A DNA stretch of 64,000 nucleotides from the IMG/VR virus record IMGVR_UViG_3300025133_000091. The stretch is one strand, 5' to 3'. Source of the DNA: an uncultured virus (IMG/VR IMGVR_UViG_3300025133_000091). Its lineage: Duplodnaviria; Heunggongvirae; Uroviricota; Caudoviricetes; Crassvirales. Position numbers and translations under genes: made by a program. Below, in pieces: positions 58,132-64,000 of this stretch; the stretch's first letter is position 1; each line of letters begins with the position of its first letter. Under the pieces are notes generated by a model, which was not told the DNA's origin, did not search any database, and was given only the letters and a program-made list of their open reading frames with translations.

Positions 58132-58264
58132 TGGTAGGTTGGGTGATAGTAACTGCCATAGTGATGTGGTTAATAAGAAAATTAAGATGAAAGAAATAGA
58201 TCAAATGCTCGACCAATGGATACATAATAGTATTATAAGAGCGAAATTAAGAGAATTAATCGTT

Positions 58265-58298
58265 CACAAACTAAATACGACAACTAAAAGATAATATA
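58265..58298 (+). promoter_or_regulatory. promoter-like motif, copy 6
   Basis: CACAA ACTAA ATACGA CAACTAAA AGATAATATA, upstream of ORF 58320. Confidence 0.75.
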
Positions 58299-58319
58299 AA
58301 TACATTAAAACAATAAACT

Positions 58320-58505
58320 ATGCAAAAAATTAAACACCTTAAAAAAGATTATGTACAACTAGGTAATCTAATCTACAGACCGTACACTGTTTGTGCTATA
58401 CCTGCCAACTTCGGTTGTATCGAGTTCAACGAGAAAGAAGGTATTAGCGAATGGTTTAACTACAAAGGATATACTTATATCTTTGATTCAATAGCTAAGT
58501 CATGA
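58320..58505 (+). CDS. hypothetical protein
   Basis: First ORF after motif copy 6. Confidence 0.55.
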   Translation: MQKIKHLKKDYVQLGNLIYRPYTVCAIPANFGCIEFNEKEGISEWFNYKGYTYIFDSIAKS

Positions 58506-58643
58506 GTAAGTACGTAGACAGAATAATGGAAGAAGTTAATTTCAATTTTGATAGACACTTCCATGATAAAGAAGATAAAGTAGAATTCCTAGAGGAATTA
58601 ATTGAAGAATTAAAAAATAGATTAGAACACGAAAAAGAAGAAT

Positions 58644-58856
58644 ATGAAATTTAATATACAAGATAGGATAGTGCTAGACGAGATGGTAGACACTTTCACA
58701 GCGGAGATGCATAAGAATCAAGACGATGCAGAGTTAATGGACAAGAGACCAATCATTACTAGAGAGTATTGGTTACAAATGATAGAGCAAGTTCAAAATA
58801 AATTAGATGACTTTACCACTAAAAAAGCGTTAAGTCATAGTAAAAGATATAGATAA
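58644..58856 (+). CDS. hypothetical protein
   Basis: Packed ORF. Confidence 0.5.
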   Translation: MKFNIQDRIVLDEMVDTFTAEMHKNQDDAELMDKRPIITREYWLQMIEQVQNKLDDFTTKKALSHSKRYR

Positions 58857-58857
58857 T

Positions 58858-59154
58858 ATGAGTAAATACGGAGAATTATTAAGAAAACCACCAGTGTTAG
58901 AGGTATACGGTAAACCTAGAGAGATAAAGATCGATCTAGTAAGTGCAATGTGTGACAACAGGTATAGGTGGACAATTAAAGAAAATAAGGATGGTGATTA
59001 TAAGATAAGCACGAGTCCATTCGCTTACAGTAACTTCCAAATAAGGCACGGTAAAGATGATATCGAGTGGATTGCTGATGAAGGCAATTGGGAAGAGGTT
59101 TTTGATATGATAAATACAGGAACTAGTAAAATAGAATCAATAAAATATAGATAA
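58858..59154 (+). CDS. hypothetical protein
   Basis: Packed ORF. Confidence 0.55.
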   Translation: MSKYGELLRKPPVLEVYGKPREIKIDLVSAMCDNRYRWTIKENKDGDYKISTSPFAYSNFQIRHGKDDIEWIADEGNWEEVFDMINTGTSKIESIKYR

Positions 59155-59155
59155 T

Positions 59156-59752
59156 ATGAATAGAAAAAAATACATGGGCGACCCAAGGTACGCTAAAGTA
59201 CTAGAAAAGATGGATTTATTAGGAATAATGGATATTACTACAACTAGACAAGACAAAAACGGCACGATAGTGTGGAAATTACCGATCAAGAACAGTTGGA
59301 ATAATGGTAAACTGATCGAAGTAGCTAGTTTTAAAACTGGTTATGTAAGAAATCAAAACAGTGGATATAGTAATTATCAACTAAACAAGAGATGTGAGAG
59401 CGATCCACAGTACTACCCAGTATATGAGTGGTGTGATGAAAGAAATATGAGTGTTAAAACAGACAAGTTTAGACAATATACCACTAGATCTTGCGAGTTA
59501 ATACCTATCGAGATCGAGAGACTAGAGTATTTAATAAGCTATTGTCTCAAAAACTATTTCATAAAACGAGCTAATGAAGTGGCTGATGGTAAACTTATAC
59601 CTAAATGGACACACGAGTGGAAATTAGAACAAGCAAAAGATAAATATAAGAAATTAGATGAGTTTAATGATGCGCTTATTGATTATAACAAAGCGATGAA
59701 TACTCACGAGGTATCAGTAACAGTAAATGGACAAAAATATAAAGTAATATAA
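59156..59752 (+). CDS. hypothetical protein
   Basis: 198-aa packed ORF. Confidence 0.6.
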   Translation: MNRKKYMGDPRYAKVLEKMDLLGIMDITTTRQDKNGTIVWKLPIKNSWNNGKLIEVASFKTGYVRNQNSGYSNYQLNKRCESDPQYYPVYEWCDERNMSVKTDKFRQYTTRSCELIPIEIERLEYLISYCLKNYFIKRANEVADGKLIPKWTHEWKLEQAKDKYKKLDEFNDALIDYNKAMNTHEVSVTVNGQKYKVI

Positions 59753-59753
59753 T

Positions 59754-59900
59754 ATGAAGAAATTTTTAAAAGACAAGTCAGGTCCCATAATGATGGGAAT
59801 AGGGGCTATGCTATTAGTAGGTGATCTAATGGGTGTAGAAGGTATAATAACGTTCGCTGTTGGAATAATTTTAATAGTAGAAGGTGTAGATAGATTATAA
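59754..59900 (+). CDS. small two-TM membrane protein (48 aa, absent from the ORF track)
   Basis: MKKFLKDKSGPIMMGIGAMLLVG..IITFAVGIILIVEG; starts 1 nt after the previous stop. Confidence 0.5.
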   Translation: MKKFLKDKSGPIMMGIGAMLLVGDLMGVEGIITFAVGIILIVEGVDRL

Positions 59901-60254
59901 CATGGGAAAACAAGATAAAAAACTATTAAAAAATATAGAGAAATATGAAAAAGAGAAAGTTAAACAGCAAGAATCCAAAGTACTGGGACAAAAGCCAGTT
60001 AAACAAACAAGTGGAAAAGAAAAGAGTACACGCGTGCACAACTCCTAATGGATGTAAAGTATACGCTGTATGGTACAAATAGTGCTATACACACATAAGT
60101 AACGTGAGAAACTGGTTAGAAGTCCACACGTGAAAATCTCCTAAAGCGATAATGTAGAGGAACTTAAAGGTTACTACGTAGTCAATATGGAGAATCTCTT
60201 ACTGGTATTATGATGATACCTTTACACACAGCAATCATAGTGGTAAGAGATGGA

Positions 60255-60361
60255 TAACTAGGTATGGTACGCAGTGCGCTTGAATCAGTAAACGTTTTTA
60301 CGAGCTGATTAGCGAGGTCGTTACTGCTGACGAGTATGAGGTTCGATTCCTCACTAGTTAC
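60255..60361 (+). ncRNA. tRNA-like RNA A (107 nt), non-canonical
   Basis: Acceptor TAACTAG/CTAGTTA and T arm TGAGG-TTCGATT-CCTCA; the middle is one long arm with no D arm. Confidence 0.65.
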
Positions 60362-60453
60362 AAATAATATACGAGGTGAGTACAAGTGGCCGACTGAGTT
60401 GGAAAAAGATTAAGTACAACAAATCAGGTACTACGAAAACTTCGTTTTATATA

Positions 60454-60654
60454 GCCCAAGTACAAGGTGAACAGTAAATCTATGGTAATGTGGGAACAAC
60501 AACCGAAACTCGGTGGCTCTTATACTAAGAGACCGGCTGACCGAAACTCGGTAGATTGTTAACAAAAATAGAGCCTTGTCACTGTGCCTGAAGAGTCTGA
60601 AGATGGACAGGTGTAGTACTAGGAGAATAGGTGGTTCGAATCCACCCTTGGGCA
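60454..60654 (+). ncRNA. tRNA-like RNA B (201 nt), non-canonical
   Basis: Acceptor GCCCAAG/CTTGGGC and T arm GGTGG-TTCGAAT-CCACC; D and anticodon regions are expanded. Confidence 0.7.
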
Positions 60655-60657
60655 CAA

Positions 60658-60691
60658 CACAAACTAAATACGAATAAGTTTGGATAATATG
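60658..60691 (+). promoter_or_regulatory. promoter-like motif, copy 7
   Basis: CACAA ACTAA ATACGA ATAAGTTT GGATAATATG. Confidence 0.7.
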
Positions 60692-60716
60692 AATATAAAT
60701 AATTAAATTAAATAGT

Positions 60717-60887
60717 ATGGTAGAAATTACACAAGAACAATTTGAAGCATATGAAGATGTGCGAGAGTCTGGAGTTACTAATATGTTTGACGTTAGAACA
60801 GTTGGTCAACTATCCGGATTAGAAAAAGAAGAAATAATGACTATAATGAAAGGTTATAGCGAATTAAAAGAAAAATACGATGAATAA
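60717..60887 (+). CDS. DUF5049-like small protein (56 aa, absent from the ORF track)
   Basis: VRESGVTNMFD motif and an AATTAAATTAAAT leader. Confidence 0.6.
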   Translation: MVEITQEQFEAYEDVRESGVTNMFDVRTVGQLSGLEKEEIMTIMKGYSELKEKYDE

Positions 60888-61248
60888 GGAAGAACTAGAA
60901 AAAGAAGTCTTAACGCTAGAAAAGCAAATAGAGGCAAGTGAAACAGTGAGCAAGGCTTACCAAGCAGAGTTGGCGGCAGCTCAAAGAAAGTTAAAAGACA
61001 TCAATAAACCAGAGTTAACTCCACTACAGTTTGACTTAATAAATGAGGCTATTGAGAGAGGTGTTGATGACTTTGATTTCAGTGATACAGCTAACTTTGA
61101 TATTGAGTTCGGCATCGAATATGATAACAAGGTATATTGTGAAAGCCATGACCTTAACGAGACTCGTGAGTTAATCGATAAGATAGCTGAAGAAGTTTAC
61201 AAGTTATTCACTGAAGCTGAGTGTCCTGAAGAAGAAATATCAGAATAA
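60880..61248 (+). CDS. hypothetical protein
   Basis: Acidic ORF with a coiled-coil N-terminus. Confidence 0.6.
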   Translation: MNKEELEKEVLTLEKQIEASETVSKAYQAELAAAQRKLKDINKPELTPLQFDLINEAIERGVDDFDFSDTANFDIEFGIEYDNKVYCESHDLNETRELIDKIAEEVYKLFTEAECPEEEISE

Positions 61249-61249
61249 T

Positions 61250-61489
61250 ATGAAATTAATAGACAAAGTAAAACCAGAAGTGTTAGATGCTTTAGCAGAG
61301 TCTAAAATAGAGTTTAGCTCTAGCTATAGACGTATAATCTTATCACTCAAAAGTGTAGATAGATACAAGCAACTAACAATAGATGAGATACAAACACTAA
61401 TATGTTTTTTACCAGATGAGTTTAGGCCACAATGTGATATAGACTGGTATTATGGTGATAAAATATTACAAGAAAAATATAAATTATGA
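61250..61489 (+). CDS. hypothetical protein
   Basis: Packed ORF. Confidence 0.55.
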   Translation: MKLIDKVKPEVLDALAESKIEFSSSYRRIILSLKSVDRYKQLTIDEIQTLICFLPDEFRPQCDIDWYYGDKILQEKYKL

Positions 61490-61740
61490 CGGGAAAACAA
61501 GTGGAAAAATATATTATGAGAGATCTTGGGTTTATACCAAAGCACGATTGCGAAGCGTTAGCTTCTGCTATACACATCATAGCTGAAGAATTAGATTACG
61601 ATGAGTGCGAATTAATGTATCTATTACTAGAAAATAGACCAATAGATGCACTACATACCCATAGTTATGGTTTTCACACAGCGAATGGAAGAGAAATTAT
61701 TAACAGATTAAAAGAAAAATATTATGAGTATGAAAACTAA
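61486..61740 (+). CDS. hypothetical protein
   Basis: Coupled ORF. Confidence 0.55.
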   Translation: MTGKQVEKYIMRDLGFIPKHDCEALASAIHIIAEELDYDECELMYLLLENRPIDALHTHSYGFHTANGREIINRLKEKYYEYEN

Positions 61741-61978
61741 ACAAGAATTACCTAAATGGTTCAATGGAGAACTATATGAAGAAGGAGCTACTGTACAGAA
61801 CAGGTTTTCTGGAGAAGAATATGACTTAAACAACGTTGAGTTAAGTATGTATGATTTCGTTATAGGTGCAAATATCTGTATGGAAATGGGTATGCCTTGT
61901 AATGTAAATGAATTGAGAAAAGGTCTTAGTTGGTTTAGGAAGAATAATGCGGAGGCTTATATGATATTACTAGATTAA
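61724..61978 (+). CDS. hypothetical protein
   Basis: 84-aa ORF ending WFRKNNAEAYMILLD. Confidence 0.6.
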   Translation: MSMKTKQELPKWFNGELYEEGATVQNRFSGEEYDLNNVELSMYDFVIGANICMEMGMPCNVNELRKGLSWFRKNNAEAYMILLD

Positions 61979-62066
61979 TGATAGCAAACATACTAATATA
62001 TGCATTTGTATTTTATACATTAGTGGTAATAATATATCACAATGCAGCTGATAAAAAGAATAAATA

Positions 62067-62675
62067 ATGAATTTACTAACACAAAATAGCAAGTTAAAGA
62101 AAACATCTAAAGCATTAGGTGTAAGAGTATTTAACTTCGGTATACCAGCGTATAAATCAGCATCAGGTAAACTAACATGTCCGTTTGCGGATGAGTGTGT
62201 GAAATTCTGTTATGCTAAAAAAGGCGCTTATATATGGAGTAACGTACAACCAGCATTTGAAAAGCGATACCAAATAACTAAGCAAGATGATTTTGTAGCA
62301 CAGATGACAACTGAGATCGCTAAGAAGAAACCTGATTACATTAGAGTCCACGACAGTGGTGATTACTACTCAAAAGAATACTTAAGACGATGGTTGGAGA
62401 TTGCTGCTATACACCCGGACATTAAGTTCTATAGCTACACTAACTGTGTAGAAATGTTTAAAAGCGTAGAGTTACCTGATAACTATGATATAATATACTC
62501 AGATAGTGGTAAGCAAAAAGCAATGATCGATCAAACGGTTGATAGGCATACTAGGATATTTCACAGTCACACAGAATTGATCTCATATGGATACATAGAC
62601 GCATCTAAGATCGATCTACACGCAACGAAATGGTTTAATAAAGATAATAATAACATAGGATTAATAGCACATTAG
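62067..62675 (+). CDS. phage Gp88-like protein (Cys-rich, radical-SAM-like)
   Basis: NSKLKK, TCPFADECVKFCYA, RVHDSGDYYS and FYSYT motifs. Confidence 0.7.
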   Translation: MNLLTQNSKLKKTSKALGVRVFNFGIPAYKSASGKLTCPFADECVKFCYAKKGAYIWSNVQPAFEKRYQITKQDDFVAQMTTEIAKKKPDYIRVHDSGDYYSKEYLRRWLEIAAIHPDIKFYSYTNCVEMFKSVELPDNYDIIYSDSGKQKAMIDQTVDRHTRIFHSHTELISYGYIDASKIDLHATKWFNKDNNNIGLIAH

Positions 62676-62685
62676 AATAAATAGA

Positions 62686-63078
62686 ATGAAAATATATACA
62701 AATCAAACCTGTCCTTATTGTAAGGCGGTAAAAGAAGAATTAGAGAAAGAAGATATTAAGTTTATAAATATGGATACCACTGAACATGAAGTTGAGTATC
62801 AGATTGTAGTTAATTTAACTGGTATACCAACAGTACCAACAATTGAATATAACGACGAATACTTTGTTCCTGGTAGAGATTTTGGTAATCCTCAACAGTT
62901 GGTTAGTATGCTTAGATCTCATGCCGACTCTCCATATAAGCAATCTAAAAGAACGTTTGAAAGAGTAAAAACTTTAAACTACAATATGGGTCAAGCATTT
63001 CAAAGAATGGACCAATTATTAAGACAAATAGAAACTAAATTAAATATAAAAGAAAATGAGCACAAGAGCACAAGTTAG
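62686..63078 (+). CDS. glutaredoxin-like protein
   Basis: IYTNQTCPYC..TVPTI, with a coiled C-terminal extension. Confidence 0.8.
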   Translation: MKIYTNQTCPYCKAVKEELEKEDIKFINMDTTEHEVEYQIVVNLTGIPTVPTIEYNDEYFVPGRDFGNPQQLVSMLRSHADSPYKQSKRTFERVKTLNYNMGQAFQRMDQLLRQIETKLNIKENEHKSTS

Positions 63079-63451
63079 ATTCGCAACACGCGAAGCTGGG
63101 CAATCATTCAATGAACACCCAGAAAAAATACACGCACAGTTTTATGTGCATAATGATGGTTACCCTGAAGGTTTAGGTGTAGATATAGCTGAATCAATCA
63201 CTGATAATATTAGTGTTGGCTTTGGCTGGGAAATAGAGCACGTACAAGATATACACGATGATCTAGATTACATATACTATATATGGTCAGACTATGATAA
63301 AGAAACATGGATAAGTATATTTAAAGTAGGTTTTCCTCCATATTGCCCCACGTGTGATCAAGAGGTGAAAGGAGATAAGTTAGATAAATGTATCTTTGTA
63401 GGTACACCAGAACAATTAATAGAGGAATACTCACAAACTAAAAACGACTAA
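63056..63451 (+). CDS. hypothetical protein
   Basis: MSTRA..YVHNDGYPEGLG motif. Confidence 0.6.
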   Translation: MSTRAQVRFATREAGQSFNEHPEKIHAQFYVHNDGYPEGLGVDIAESITDNISVGFGWEIEHVQDIHDDLDYIYYIWSDYDKETWISIFKVGFPPYCPTCDQEVKGDKLDKCIFVGTPEQLIEEYSQTKND

Positions 63452-63825
63452 TGACAGATAATAAAAGGGTATCAAACAAACAGATCTTAGATGAGATCAA
63501 TAATTTAAAAGTAGTAAATGTAGAGGTCGATCCAATGACTGAAACAGAGCTTAACGCTTTGGCTATCAAGATAGTAAGTAGAATGGTTAAACTTAAGTCT
63601 ATGGAAGACTGGTTCGATCACGTTAATAGATCTGATATAGCTGGCTCTGTTGCATACCAAGATCTTGATTTAACTGAAGAGGAAGAGGCATTAGGTGAAG
63701 CTGCAAAGCTTATGACATTAATGAATTTATTTCAAGAGGAAGAGGAGTATGAAAAATGTGCTATCATTAAAGGTAGGATGTCACAAGTAAATAAGATATT
63801 AAGAAAAGGAAATAAAAATGACTAA
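63451..63825 (+). CDS. hypothetical protein with a UVR-like C-terminus
   Basis: EEEEYEKCAIIK. Confidence 0.5.
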   Translation: MTDNKRVSNKQILDEINNLKVVNVEVDPMTETELNALAIKIVSRMVKLKSMEDWFDHVNRSDIAGSVAYQDLDLTEEEEALGEAAKLMTLMNLFQEEEEYEKCAIIKGRMSQVNKILRKGNKND

Positions 63826-64000
63826 ATACGAACAAGAAATGTACCGTGACATTAGCCGGTTAACTAAAGCGGTTGAGAAACTAGTAAAAATATTAGAACA
63901 ATTAGCAAAAGAACAATCATGAGTGAAGAATTAATGGAAAGAATAAAGATATTTAATGAAATTAAATATGGTAATAATGATAATGAAACAAGAATTATTT

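Noticed and set aside
60327..60612. Hammerhead ribozymes (CTGACGA at about 60327, CTGAAGA at about 60588)
   Set aside because: The required GAAA after stem II is missing; GAGG and AGGT are found instead.
60255..60654. Canonical tRNAs or tmRNA
   Set aside because: There is no standard D arm or 7-nt anticodon loop, no GGGG 5' end or G3:U70 alanine identity, and the elements are shorter than a typical tmRNA.
60182..60655. Minus-strand ORFs 60182..60385 and 60431..60655
   Set aside because: They are antisense to the tRNA-like RNAs (GGFEPP is a translated reverse T arm) and oppose the local gene direction.
1..64000. Stop-codon reassignment as seen in some crAss-like phages
   Set aside because: Genes are full length and tightly packed under the standard code, and TAG and TGA serve as real stops.
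55700..64000. Apparent excess of GATC/GATCGATC in the early arm
   Set aside because: A rough count suggests under two-fold enrichment, which cannot be supported without a proper statistical test.
1..64000. Integrase, transposase, intron, intein or DGR
   Set aside because: No such motifs were seen. RNR and TerL have no obvious insertions, and there is no reverse transcriptase or TR/VR pair.

Overview
The window is about 64 kb of an AT-rich dsDNA bacteriophage genome. By inference it is a marine Bacteroidota (flavobacterial) podovirus with a crAss-related or Cellulophaga phi38:1-like layout; starts lack Shine-Dalgarno sites and follow AATTAAATTA-type leaders. (1) 1-5.4 kb, + strand: replication and nucleotide metabolism (primase-helicase C-terminus, ThyA-family enzyme with a dCMP-type Asp, MazG-like proteins, T7 endonuclease I-like nuclease, class II RNR, Hc1-like protein). 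(2) 5.5-55.2 kb, - strand: late region (GroEL and two GroES-like genes, holin, tail fibres, terminase, portal, scaffold, major capsid, tail proteins, a 3061-aa tail protein with Cys-rich repeats, a 3383-aa polyvalent virion protein, M15 endolysin). (3) 55.2-64 kb, + strand: early-type region of small ORFs and substantial non-coding DNA. The most notable signals are non-coding: seven copies of a fixed-spacing promoter-like motif (CACAA-N5-WYACGW-N8-RGATAATAT), some followed by small hairpin RNAs; two tRNA-like RNAs with perfect acceptor and T arms but rebuilt D and anticodon regions; a second promoter-like motif (GTAAA-N15-GTRAY) before late genes; and a 10-mer (TGCTATACAC) enriched in the early arm. 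The giant virion protein has a sigma-region-2-like segment and recurring [KRM]FS[KR] linkers. All calls were made by eye, with no database searches.
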